Positions 42,818-51,742 of a DNA stretch of 64,000 nucleotides are shown piece after piece. Position 1 is the stretch's first letter. Each line of letters begins with the position of its first letter. A program made the translations under genes and the position numbers. The DNA is from a virus (taxonomy: Duplodnaviria; Heunggongvirae; Uroviricota; Caudoviricetes): positions 1 to 64,000 of IMG/VR virus record IMGVR_UViG_3300032245_001763; one strand, written 5' to 3'. The notes beneath the pieces were generated by a model. That model was not told where the DNA came from, did not search any database, and worked only from the letters and a program-made list of their open reading frames with translations.

Positions 42818-43711
42818 ATGAAAAAAAATCAATTTATAATTTTGTGCTTTTTTTCTATTTTAATTATTTTGATTTCTTATAACAAGAAAGTTACAAATTT
42901 GGTTGTTGAACAAAAAGAAAATATAAAAATTAATCCAATTCAAGAGAATAAAAAAGAAAATATTGAATTAAGAATTGAACCTCAATTTGTTGAATTTTTA
43001 CCAATAAGAGATGTAAAAAATTTAGGTATTGTTTTAAGTGATATAGAAAGTCATATGCCAGCAGGACATCAGTATGTTGATTCTGATAAGGTCACTTGGG
43101 CACATGAAACAACTCATGGCATAAATTCAGTTATAAGAAATAAATATAATTCAAGAAGAACAATTATAAAAACTGCAACAGAATATAGAAATGTTGTTGG
43201 TGGCGGGAGGATCAATGCATTTTATGTATTAAAAAATAGAGCAGTTGTAATAGAAGAGCCAAATGTTAAAATAAATCAAATTGCTCCATTAATTCCTCCT
43301 TCTTTAAGAGGAAGATCTTACAATTTATATCTTGTTCAACAAACACGTGATTGGAATGATTTTCCTTTATATGTTTTTGATGAATGGGTAGCATATACAA
43401 ATGGAGCAGCATGTCATCTTGATCTTAAAATTAATGATAGATCAGATTCAATTTTAAGTATGTTTAATTTTAATGTTTATTCTATTTGTGTTGCTATGGC
43501 TGTAGAAAAATATGATTCTGATTATGATGATAAACAATTTAAAAAATATTTAACATGGAGTTTAGAGAGATCTTATGAATATTTAAATAATGATCAATTA
43601 TCTTTAAATTATTTGGAAAAGATTAAAACATGTGAAGACGGAAAAGAATTTAGATCTTTTTGTAAAAATTATTTTGGCGAAGAATGGACAAAGAAAATTT
43701 TGAAGTTTTAG
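42818..43711 (+). CDS. putative membrane-anchored zinc metallopeptidase (HExxH)
   Basis: N-terminal TM segment FIILCFFSILIILISY; WAHETTHGINSV contains HExxH. Confidence 0.4.
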   Translation: MKKNQFIILCFFSILIILISYNKKVTNLVVEQKENIKINPIQENKKENIELRIEPQFVEFLPIRDVKNLGIVLSDIESHMPAGHQYVDSDKVTWAHETTHGINSVIRNKYNSRRTIIKTATEYRNVVGGGRINAFYVLKNRAVVIEEPNVKINQIAPLIPPSLRGRSYNLYLVQQTRDWNDFPLYVFDEWVAYTNGAACHLDLKINDRSDSILSMFNFNVYSICVAMAVEKYDSDYDDKQFKKYLTWSLERSYEYLNNDQLSLNYLEKIKTCEDGKEFRSFCKNYFGEEWTKKILKF

Positions 43712-43739
43712 TTTACAATTTTTCAAAACTACTGTAAAG

Positions 43740-44015
43740 TTGTGGAGTGTAATTATGTGTAATATAAATTTTGTAATAAATAATGATTTATTTCTTCCAG
43801 AAGATTATGTTTTTTTATTTAGAATAAAAGATAAAAAGTTCTATAGAGGTGCTAAGTTATTTTTTTGGACTTCTTCGTGGAGACGTGCTGCTTTACTTTC
43901 AAAAAGTGATTGGAAATTTATATTAAAAAATCATTATAAAATTAAAGATGCAACTGAAAGATATGCTTTTGTAGATTTAAATATTTTAAAGAAAGATTTA
44001 AAAATTGATGTTTAA
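43740..44015 (+). CDS. hypothetical protein
   Basis: ORF track, 91 aa. Confidence 0.4.
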   Translation: MWSVIMCNINFVINNDLFLPEDYVFLFRIKDKKFYRGAKLFFWTSSWRRAALLSKSDWKFILKNHYKIKDATERYAFVDLNILKKDLKIDV

Positions 44016-44397
44016 TTTTTTTAAAAAGAAAAAAGTTTCTCGTGTAAAAACATTTGACGATGCAGTTAATTTTTTAATTAAAAATTTTAATAACAAAAAT
44101 TTTAATAATCCTTATTGGCATCATAATGACGGCAGAGATTTGAGAAATGATTTAAATCTATGGTCAAATGAATCACCTATAGTTGTTTTTATGAAAAATA
44201 ATTATGGAATAACTCATGCTGATGATATTTCTGGTTTAATTTTAAATGCAGCAATTGCAAAATTGTCAGACGCAGAGTTTGATCTTAAAGAGCAATCTAA
44301 ATATTATTTAGATTATTGGGATAGCCTTCACAAAACTGGAAGTGCAGAATTAAAATTAAAAGACGGAATTATTAAAATTTATTCAATTAGAAAATAA
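44005..44397 (+). CDS. hypothetical protein
   Basis: ORF track, 130 aa. Confidence 0.4.
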   Translation: MMFNFFKKKKVSRVKTFDDAVNFLIKNFNNKNFNNPYWHHNDGRDLRNDLNLWSNESPIVVFMKNNYGITHADDISGLILNAAIAKLSDAEFDLKEQSKYYLDYWDSLHKTGSAELKLKDGIIKIYSIRK

Positions 44398-44574
44398 TTA
44401 TGTTTAGTTGTATATGTGGTGGAACAATTGAATTGTTTTCATTATTAATGTTGCCGTTCATTTGGTTCATTACTTCTGTTTATAATAAGTTTAAATATAA
44501 AAAATTTATAGATTATAAAAATAAACATTTAACTTGTAAATGTAATTGTCATAAAAATGAAAGATAATTGATTT

Positions 44575-45072
44575 ATGAAAAAGATTGAAGAATATTTTGA
44601 ATTAATTTATCCAGACAGAAGAAATAAATTAATTGAATTTCATAATATGTATTTACATTTGTTTAATGTTTCTAGAGGATCAAATATAAATCACCAATAT
44701 TGGGAAGGTGGTTATAGAGATCATTTGGAACAATTTTTATTTATAGCAGAACATTTATTCAAAATTAATTTTGATTTTAATTTTGATTCTGTTTTTATGG
44801 TTTGTTATTTTCATGATATAGAAAAATTATGGAAATACAGTACAGAATTAAATTTATCTTTTGACAAAGATAATTATCTTAAATACCAATTACCAAAACA
44901 CGGAATAATTTTAACTAATGAAGAGTTGAGTGCAATTAAGTATATACATGGTGAAAATGAAGATTATGGAAAAGTTATAATGAACTCTCTTGGTGCTTTT
45001 TGTCATGCATGTGATGTTTTATCTGCACGTAGTTTTTCACACAAAAAAGAAGTTACTTTTAGATATTGTTAG
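44575..45072 (+). CDS. putative HD-domain phosphohydrolase
   Basis: GGYRDHLEQ ... CYFHDIEK gives the H...HD...D spacing of the HD superfamily. Confidence 0.4.
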   Translation: MKKIEEYFELIYPDRRNKLIEFHNMYLHLFNVSRGSNINHQYWEGGYRDHLEQFLFIAEHLFKINFDFNFDSVFMVCYFHDIEKLWKYSTELNLSFDKDNYLKYQLPKHGIILTNEELSAIKYIHGENEDYGKVIMNSLGAFCHACDVLSARSFSHKKEVTFRYC

Positions 45073-45328
45073 TAGATAAGCCTTTTTCTAAATTCAAAAG
45101 AATTCTTGAATTTATTTCTTTAATTTTATCAAGTTGTTGGATAATTATATTGTGATTATCATGTGTTTGTAATTTATCATTTAAATCTGTTTGAACCTTA
45201 TCATTTTTAATTGATTTCTTTACTTTAATCATTTATTTGATTCTCCAAAAAATAACTTCAATATTTAGTGTTTATGATCAAACATTGAATATAAATTTTT
45301 AATTTTTCTTCTTAAAAAGGATTTTACT

Positions 45329-45682
45329 ATGAAAAAAACATTAATTGCATTATTAACATTAACAATTTTTGTTGGAATTGTTAAAGCTGATTTACTAGGA
45401 TTAGAGGCAGTCAAATCTCAAAGTCCAGTTTATGCTAAATTTAGAGTTAACGGAAACTGTCCAAGTTGTGATGATTGTCCTTCTTGTCCTAAAAACTCAG
45501 ATAAAGTTAAGCCAAAAAATGACATAAGATCACATCTTAGATATAGATATATTGAAAAATATAATTATGATAAAAACAGAAAAGGAATTGAAAACTTCAA
45601 TTACAATGAAAGATTGTCTATTAGAGGTAAAGGAATGAAACCTGATTTTTCTCCAATTCCTAAAAATAATTCAAATAATTAA
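45329..45682 (+). CDS. putative secreted Cys-rich protein
   Basis: Signal-like MKKTLIALLTLTIFVGIVKA; CPSCDDCPSCP. Confidence 0.45.
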   Translation: MKKTLIALLTLTIFVGIVKADLLGLEAVKSQSPVYAKFRVNGNCPSCDDCPSCPKNSDKVKPKNDIRSHLRYRYIEKYNYDKNRKGIENFNYNERLSIRGKGMKPDFSPIPKNNSNN

Positions 45683-45692
45683 TATATAAGCT

Positions 45693-46037
45693 ATGGCGTT
45701 AAAAACATATAACGAATTTACATCTTACCAATCTAAACCTTGGAAAGCTAAAAAGTCGCAAATTCTTCAATTTTGGAAGAATTTGCGACCAAATTTACCT
45801 ATTCAGATGAATGCTGTATCTAAGCATCATAAGGGTACAAGATTTAGATCAGATGGTTTACGTATTACAGGGACGCCTGAATTTATAAATTCTATTATTT
45901 GTAGATTAAAAGAGATGATTTCATTAGAAAACGAAAATACTAGAATTGATATAGAATATCGTCAAGTTGAACCTAAACCTGGTGATTTAGAGAAAAAATA
46001 TGTGTTTTATATGCATTTAATTACAAAGGACGAGTAA
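45693..46037 (+). CDS. hypothetical protein
   Basis: ORF track, 114 aa. Confidence 0.45.
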   Translation: MALKTYNEFTSYQSKPWKAKKSQILQFWKNLRPNLPIQMNAVSKHHKGTRFRSDGLRITGTPEFINSIICRLKEMISLENENTRIDIEYRQVEPKPGDLEKKYVFYMHLITKDE

Positions 46038-46230
46038 AAATGCCTGCTACTTCTGTTACTGGTCGTGGATTGGGTGATTCTCATGGTAAATATAAACCAT
46101 TAAATAATCAAAGAACTGCATATACAGAACAACCAGTAATTAAAAATTCAGTTGTTAAATGTATAAAAAACATTTCTGTGTGTGGTAATAGTCGACACGT
46201 TATTAGTTCTAATGCAAAAATAATAAAAAG

Positions 46231-46740
46231 TTGTGGAATATGAATTTTTCACCATTAAAAAAATACAAATTACCAATAGGAAAAGATCATCCTGGTAATT
46301 TTGGTGCCATAAGAAAATATGATGTTCATACAGGAATAGATTTATATTGTGAACAAGGTTCAGATGTTTATGCAATTGAAGATGGTATGGTTGTAAAAAT
46401 AGATTATTTTACAGGACCAGAAGTAAATTTGCCTTGGTGGGAAACTACATTTGGAGTTATGATTGAAGGAAAATCTGGTGTAATAAATTATGGTGAAATA
46501 TATCCTGAATGTATTTTAAATCAAAAAATATTTGCTGGACAAAAAATTGGTTACGTAATTCCAGTTTTAAAAGAAAATAAAATTCGAAAAGATATAAAAA
46601 ATCACAGTAATTATATGCTTCATTTAGAATTATACAAAATTGGTTTTAGAGATTTTTTGTCTTGGAATTTAAATGAACCTCAACCTGAAAATTTATTAAA
46701 TCCTACTGGTTTACTTTCTGATAGTTTGATTGTACAATAG
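46231..46740 (+). CDS. M23 (LytM-type) peptidase, candidate cell-wall hydrolase
   Basis: HTGIDLYCEQGSDVYAIEDGMVVKI (HxxxD plus the Gly-rich sheet) and a later HLELY (degenerate HxH). Confidence 0.55.
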   Translation: MWNMNFSPLKKYKLPIGKDHPGNFGAIRKYDVHTGIDLYCEQGSDVYAIEDGMVVKIDYFTGPEVNLPWWETTFGVMIEGKSGVINYGEIYPECILNQKIFAGQKIGYVIPVLKENKIRKDIKNHSNYMLHLELYKIGFRDFLSWNLNEPQPENLLNPTGLLSDSLIVQ

Positions 46741-46836
46741 AATTGCCTGGCAGCTTGGGCTATAAAGCGGGGGCTGACAACCAAATGCAGCTACTGATAC
46801 TATCTAGGGAATCGTACTTCGAAAAGTGATAGTGGT

Positions 46837-46936
46837 TAATCTGTGGCATAGACGTGATAATTTAAATATTATGAGGAAGAGTGGGTACTTCTGCCGCCGT
46901 CCGGCTGCTTCGCGAGTTCGAGTCTCGCCAGATTAT
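46837..46936 (+). ncRNA. tRNA-like / structured RNA with a GC-rich hairpin (CTGCCGCCGTCCGGCTGC), a T-arm GCGAG-TTCGAGT-CTCGC and an acceptor-like pairing TAATCTG/CAGATTA. About 100 nt, non-canonical interior.
   Basis: 46741-46936 is markedly GC-rich relative to the window. A T-loop motif lies at 46917-46923. The upstream 5'-GGGGGCTGA at 46770 resembles a tmRNA 5' end, but no matching 3' acceptor was found. Confidence 0.3.
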
Positions 46937-46949
46937 TTCTTGAAAGAAA

Positions 46950-47213
46950 TTGAAAATGTTTATGTATAAAATTAACGAAGTTTTTGATCATTCTGTCATT
47001 AGATCTGAAGCTAATTTCGATCGTGCATCTGATGCAGCATATAAATTTGCACTTTTTAAATTTGAAATTGATGAAGATGGTCATTCTTCTAGAGTAGAAG
47101 GCTGGGAAAGGTCTTCTTGTTCGATTGAAATCGAATTTAAAAAATATATTCGTAATGGTCACGAACATGTTTATAATTTTACCATTGCAGTTAGAAAGAG
47201 TGAAAATGAGTAG
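46950..47213 (+). CDS. hypothetical protein
   Basis: ORF track, 87 aa. Confidence 0.35.
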   Translation: MKMFMYKINEVFDHSVIRSEANFDRASDAAYKFALFKFEIDEDGHSSRVEGWERSSCSIEIEFKKYIRNGHEHVYNFTIAVRKSENE

Positions 47214-47646
47214 TTTATTTGAATTGTTAAAGTCGGATTTGAAGCAAGCAATTTTGAAACAAGATTCTACTAAAAAAAATATTCTTAGAGTTGTATTAGC
47301 TGAATGTGGAAGATTGGGCTTAGGATTATCTAATTCCAATGTTCATGATGCCGATATTCAGAAAATAATTATGAAATCTATTCAAAATAATTTAGAAGTA
47401 ATGTCGATAGCTCCTTCAGAAGAACTTGAAAAAGAAAATGAAATTTTAAAATCTTATGTTCCTAAAATACCAACTCAGCAAGAATATAAAGATTTGTTAA
47501 ACACAGAAGAAGTTAGAAATTTAATTCTTGCTGAATTTAGTGAAGGTTTGGCAATGAAACAAGTTGCATCTTATTTGAAATCAAAAGATATTCCTATGGA
47601 TGGTAAAATTGTTAAATCAATAATTGCTGAAATTAGAAATCAATGA
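47206..47646 (+). CDS. hypothetical protein (start set to ATG 47206, preceded by TTAGAAAGAGTGAAA)
   Basis: The ORF track begins at 47125 inside the previous ORF; the internal ATG with the recurrent AGAAAG leader is preferred. Confidence 0.45.
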   Translation: MSSLFELLKSDLKQAILKQDSTKKNILRVVLAECGRLGLGLSNSNVHDADIQKIIMKSIQNNLEVMSIAPSEELEKENEILKSYVPKIPTQQEYKDLLNTEEVRNLILAEFSEGLAMKQVASYLKSKDIPMDGKIVKSIIAEIRNQ

Positions 47647-48200
47647 TTGATCCAAATAATATTACAAGATACGATTTGTCTGATTATGAACTTGAAGAAA
47701 TTATTTTATTTTGGGTTCTTGCTGCTGGGAAAAAGGCTACAACTGCCTCTTTATCTTTGGATAAATTTCTTGACAACAAATCAATTAAACCTTTTGAATT
47801 AATTAAATTAAAGGGTTTAATTGATTTGCCATTTTTGATGAAAAGTTGTGGAATTGGTTGTTTTAACAATAAATCTATTACTTTTTGGCAATTAGCAAAT
47901 TCAAATTTGGATTTAAGGTCTTGTACAGCAGAAGATCTTGAAAAGATAAAAGGCATTGGAATGAAGACAAGTAGATGTTTTATCATTCACAGTAGGCAGA
48001 ATGCTAGGTATGCTGGTTTGGACACACATGTGTTAAAATATTTGTCTTCATTAGGATATAATGTTCCAAAAAGCACACCAAATGGTAAAAAATATCTTGA
48101 AATAGAAGAAATTTTCTTGCAATTAGCAGAGAAAAGTGGTAAAACAATTGCCGAATTTGATTTGGAAATTTGGCGAAGTTATTCTAACAAAATTATTTAA
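47643..48200 (+). CDS. HhH-GPD superfamily DNA glycosylase-like protein (endonuclease III/AlkA-like)
   Basis: LEKIKGIGMKTSRCFIIHS is a helix-hairpin-helix with a Gly-rich turn, followed by D (GLDTHV). Confidence 0.45.
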   Translation: MIDPNNITRYDLSDYELEEIILFWVLAAGKKATTASLSLDKFLDNKSIKPFELIKLKGLIDLPFLMKSCGIGCFNNKSITFWQLANSNLDLRSCTAEDLEKIKGIGMKTSRCFIIHSRQNARYAGLDTHVLKYLSSLGYNVPKSTPNGKKYLEIEEIFLQLAEKSGKTIAEFDLEIWRSYSNKII

Positions 48201-48211
48201 GGAGTTTTAAA

Positions 48212-48505
48212 ATGAGTGTAAAGTTTATTAAGTTTAAGTGTGGTGATGAAATTATTGGCAAGGTCATTAAGAATGATAAAAAAGATGTTGTAACTATTGA
48301 AAATAGTTTAAGAATTATTCTTACTCATGAAGGTATGGGAACAATTCCATATTTGCCATTTTGTAAAAGTTCAAAACACGATTTTCCAGCAACAGAAATT
48401 CTTGTAATGGATGATGTTGATAAGGAAATGGAAGATAGATATAATCAAAACTTTTCAGAAATTGTGATTCCATCAGCAAATGCAAGCACTATTAAGTTGA
48501 GATAA
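48212..48505 (+). CDS. hypothetical protein
   Basis: ORF track, 97 aa. Confidence 0.45.
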   Translation: MSVKFIKFKCGDEIIGKVIKNDKKDVVTIENSLRIILTHEGMGTIPYLPFCKSSKHDFPATEILVMDDVDKEMEDRYNQNFSEIVIPSANASTIKLR

Positions 48506-48507
48506 TT

Positions 48508-48885
48508 ATGAGTGAACCATTAGTAACCAAACAAGTAATTGTTGTAAGAAAAGATTTGAAAATGAGAAGAGGCAAGGAAATTGCACAATGCAGCCATGCC
48601 TCTATTTCTTTTCTTACTAAAAAAATGCAAAATAATATACCGTTAACAGAAGTAGAAAATACATGGTTAAATGATAGTTTTTCCAAAATATGTTTATATG
48701 TTAATTCTGAAGAAGAATTGCTAAAAGTTCACAATGATGCTCTTGAAAAAGGTTTAGAATCAAATTTAATTACTGATTCTGGTCGTACTGAATTTCATGG
48801 TGTTCCTACAAAAACTTGTTTGGCTATAGGTCCAGACTATTCTGTTAAAATTGATGAAGTAACAAGAAGTTTACCCTTGTATTAA
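48508..48885 (+). CDS. pth2: peptidyl-tRNA hydrolase, PTH2 family
   Basis: VIVVRKDLKMRRGKEIAQCSHAS matches the PTH2 signature (vVRtDL.MgkGKiaAQcsHA). Size is about 115-125 aa. Confidence 0.7.
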   Translation: MSEPLVTKQVIVVRKDLKMRRGKEIAQCSHASISFLTKKMQNNIPLTEVENTWLNDSFSKICLYVNSEEELLKVHNDALEKGLESNLITDSGRTEFHGVPTKTCLAIGPDYSVKIDEVTRSLPLY

Positions 48886-48900
48886 AGAAGTTGAATTCAA

Positions 48901-49605
48901 ATGAAAATTGGATATAAAGCTACCTACGACTATATTTGCAAAGATCATAAATTTGAAATAGGTCAATCTTATGAACTAAAAAAACCTCCAATTCTTTGCA
49001 AATATGGTTTTCATTATTGTGTAAATTCAAAAGATGTTTTAGAGCATTATCCAATTCGACATAATTTCCGTCTATTGGAAATTGAAGATCTTGGTGAATG
49101 TATTCATTCTGACGATAAATCAGTAACGAACAAAATTCGTATTGTAAGAGAAATTTCAAAAGAAGAATATTATTCTTTGTTTAATGTGGTTAATAACGAA
49201 TTAACAATTACTAATAAACATGGCAGTTGGGAAAGACGTACGTTTGATAAAAACAATAATGAAATTTTCTACCAAACTTCATTTGGAAATTCGGAAAAAC
49301 GAGAATATGATGAAAGAAATAATCAAATTTATTTTGAAAATTCAAATGGTTTTTGGATAAAATATGAATATGATAAAAACAATAATATAATTTATTTATA
49401 TAATAAATGTGGTTTTTGGGAAAAATATGAATATGATAAAAACAATAATATAATTTATTTTGAAAATTCAGATGGTTATTGCCTAAAACGCGAATACGAT
49501 GAAAATAACAATATTATTTTTTATGAAGATAGTGAAGGCAATTGGACAAAGCGTTCATACGATGAAAATAACAATTGTATAAAAGTAGAAAGAAATAAAA
49601 CATGA
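48901..49605 (+). CDS. GFHYC-domain plus MORN-variant repeat family protein
   Basis: MKIGYKATYDYICKDHKFEIGQSYELKKPPILCKYGFHYC, then YDKNNNIIY repeats. Confidence 0.65.
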   Translation: MKIGYKATYDYICKDHKFEIGQSYELKKPPILCKYGFHYCVNSKDVLEHYPIRHNFRLLEIEDLGECIHSDDKSVTNKIRIVREISKEEYYSLFNVVNNELTITNKHGSWERRTFDKNNNEIFYQTSFGNSEKREYDERNNQIYFENSNGFWIKYEYDKNNNIIYLYNKCGFWEKYEYDKNNNIIYFENSDGYCLKREYDENNNIIFYEDSEGNWTKRSYDENNNCIKVERNKT

Positions 49606-50189
49606 AAATTGGATATAAAGCTACCTACGACTATATTTGCAGAGATCATAAATTTGAAATAGGTCAATCTTATGAATTACAAGGAACACCAATTCCTTGC
49701 GTTTATGGATTTCACTATTGTCAAAATCCAATCGATGTTTTACATTATTATCCAATTCAACATGATTTCCGTCTATTAGAAATCGAAGATATTGGCGAAT
49801 CAATTACTCAAGGTAATAAATCAGTAACAAATAAGATCCGTATTATTCGTGAAGTTCCAAAGGAAGAATATTACCAGCTATTTGGTGTTGTTAATAATAA
49901 ACTGACAATAAGTGCTGGTATATTTGGTGCTTGGGAAAGACGAACATTTGATGAAAATAACAATGAAATTTTTTATCAAAATTCAGATGGTAATTGGGAA
50001 AAACGTGAATATGATGAAAGAAATAATTGTATTTATTATGCAACTTTATCTGGGTTTTGGATAAAACGTGAATATGATGAAAGAAATAACGAAGTTCGTT
50101 TTGAAAATTCAAGTGGTTTTTGGATAAAACAAACATTTGATAAAAATAATCGTAGAATTAATTATGAATCTAATTATGACAAAGTTTGA
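49602..50189 (+). CDS. GFHYC-domain plus MORN-variant repeat family protein
   Basis: MKIGYKATYDYICRDHKFEIGQSYELQGTPIPCVYGFHYC. Confidence 0.65.
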   Translation: MKIGYKATYDYICRDHKFEIGQSYELQGTPIPCVYGFHYCQNPIDVLHYYPIQHDFRLLEIEDIGESITQGNKSVTNKIRIIREVPKEEYYQLFGVVNNKLTISAGIFGAWERRTFDENNNEIFYQNSDGNWEKREYDERNNCIYYATLSGFWIKREYDERNNEVRFENSSGFWIKQTFDKNNRRINYESNYDKV

Positions 50190-50244
50190 TTGTACAATGT
50201 TCTTTGGAGGAATTATTTTGAACGTTTAGATTGAAAGAGCTAAA

Positions 50245-50889
50245 ATGGGAATTTTATTAAAAAATCGATGTTTAGTTTTAAACAAAAGTTGGAGTCCTAT
50301 TGGGATAATATCATTACAAAGAGCAATTACTTTACTTTGTTCTTATGATGAAAAAGATAATCCAAAAGCAAAAATAATTGATGGTGGATCTGGTTCATAT
50401 CAATTATTTTCTTGGAATGAATGGTCAAAATTAACTCCATCTGAAAATGAACTTTTTATTCAAAGTTCTCATACAAGATATAGAGTGCCAGAAATAATTA
50501 TTTTAACTGGATTTGATAAAATTCCATCTCCAAGAGTGCATTTTAGCAGGTCTACTATCTTCAAAAGAGATAATTATATTTGCCAATATTGTGGTAAAAA
50601 AGTTGATAAGGATTCTGGAACAATTGATCATATTTTGCCAAGAGCACAAGGTGGCGTTACAAGTTGGACAAATTGTATTTTAGCTTGTATGGGATGTAAT
50701 TCTCAAAAAGCGGATCGTAGACCTGAACAGGCTTTTAGAACAGATAAAAATAAGAATTGGAACGGACCTTCTCCAATGAAATTAATGTCTATTCCTAAAA
50801 AGCCAAAATTTAATTTAATTAAATATGATAAAGGTCAGATGCCAAAATCATGGACTAATTTTATCCAAGATGGATCTTTTCATGAATGA
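50245..50889 (+). CDS. HNH endonuclease
   Basis: CQYCGKKVDKDSGTIDHILPRAQGGVTSWTNCILACMGCNSQKADRRP is the HNH core (C..C...H...N...C..C). Confidence 0.7.
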   Translation: MGILLKNRCLVLNKSWSPIGIISLQRAITLLCSYDEKDNPKAKIIDGGSGSYQLFSWNEWSKLTPSENELFIQSSHTRYRVPEIIILTGFDKIPSPRVHFSRSTIFKRDNYICQYCGKKVDKDSGTIDHILPRAQGGVTSWTNCILACMGCNSQKADRRPEQAFRTDKNKNWNGPSPMKLMSIPKKPKFNLIKYDKGQMPKSWTNFIQDGSFHE

Positions 50890-51482
50890 TAAAAAGCCAA
50901 CATCTTACAATAAGATGTTGGCTTTTTTTAAGGATTATTATGATTAATTTTAAATTAATTTCTGATTCAATTGATTTTTATTCTAAATATTCTTTTGTTA
51001 GAATAGAAACACCTTGGATTGTTCCGTCTTATATAGACAATATTACTAAGCCAAAAGATGCTATTCCATTTTCTTTAAATAATAAAGATGCTAGATTGGT
51101 TGGCTCAGGTGAGCAAAGTTTTTTGCTTCAATATATGAATGGATATCTGCCAAAAGGCAAATTTCAAACTGTTACACCTTGTTTTAGAGAAGAAAATCTT
51201 GATTTTCTTCATAGAAATTATTTTATTAAAAATGAATTAATTCAAACTTGTGATGTTAACGAATCTAATTTAAAAATAATTGTTTCTATTTGTTTTGATT
51301 TTTATAATCAATATTTAAATGGTAAAGCTGAAATTTTAAAAACTAATGAAGGTTATGATATAACTTTTAATGGAATAGAATTGGGATCTTATGGAATAAG
51401 AAGTTGTGATTTTTTAGATTGGATTTATGCAACAGGATGTGCGGAACCAAGATTAAGTTCTATTTTAAATTTAAAGGAGTAA
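50886..51482 (+). CDS. Class II aminoacyl-tRNA-synthetase-like catalytic core (PheS/PylS-like class IIc), truncated to 198 aa
   Basis: A motif-2-like FQTVTPCFREENLDFLHRNYFIKNELIQ (compare PheS R.E....H...F.Q.E) and a motif-3-like GIELGSYGIRS. Confidence 0.35.
   Translation: MIKSQHLTIRCWLFLRIIMINFKLISDSIDFYSKYSFVRIETPWIVPSYIDNITKPKDAIPFSLNNKDARLVGSGEQSFLLQYMNGYLPKGKFQTVTPCFREENLDFLHRNYFIKNELIQTCDVNESNLKIIVSICFDFYNQYLNGKAEILKTNEGYDITFNGIELGSYGIRSCDFLDWIYATGCAEPRLSSILNLKE
50891..50930 (+). terminator. Rho-independent terminator (AAAAGCCAACATCTTA/TAAGATGTTGGCTTTT plus T-run)
   Basis: Perfect 16-bp stem followed by TTTTTTTA. Confidence 0.65.
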
Positions 51483-51484
51483 TT

Positions 51485-51742
51485 ATGGGATATCATCTTT
51501 CAACAATACCAAAAGGTATTGTTGGTGAATTTTCTAAAATTGAAGAAGAATTTTTTGAAGCTAAAGATGCATCTATGCAAAACGATTCTGTTTTAATGTT
51601 AGTTGAATTATCAGATATGATTGGTGCAATAGAAGAATATGTTAAAAAATGGAATATGTCTATTGATGATTTAAAGAGTTTTTCAGATAAAACTAAATTA
51701 GCCTTTAAGGATGGAACGAGAGTTTCTAAACAATCTCTATAA
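51485..51742 (+). CDS. putative MazG-like all-alpha nucleotide pyrophosphohydrolase
   Basis: EFSKIEEEFFEAKD...LVELSDMIGAIEEYVKKW carries the paired EExxE/ExxD helices. Start moved to ATG 51485 after the upstream stop. Confidence 0.3.
   Translation: MGYHLSTIPKGIVGEFSKIEEEFFEAKDASMQNDSVLMLVELSDMIGAIEEYVKKWNMSIDDLKSFSDKTKLAFKDGTRVSKQSL

Noticed and set aside
46770-46936. tmRNA (ssrA) call
   Set aside because: The 5' GGGGGCTGA and the T-arm are suggestive, and a short GCA-GCT-ACT-GAT-ACT-ATC-TAG tag-like frame exists. However, no 3' acceptor strand complementary to the 5' G-run was found, and at about 170 nt it is far short of a typical tmRNA. It is kept only as an unclassified structured-RNA candidate.
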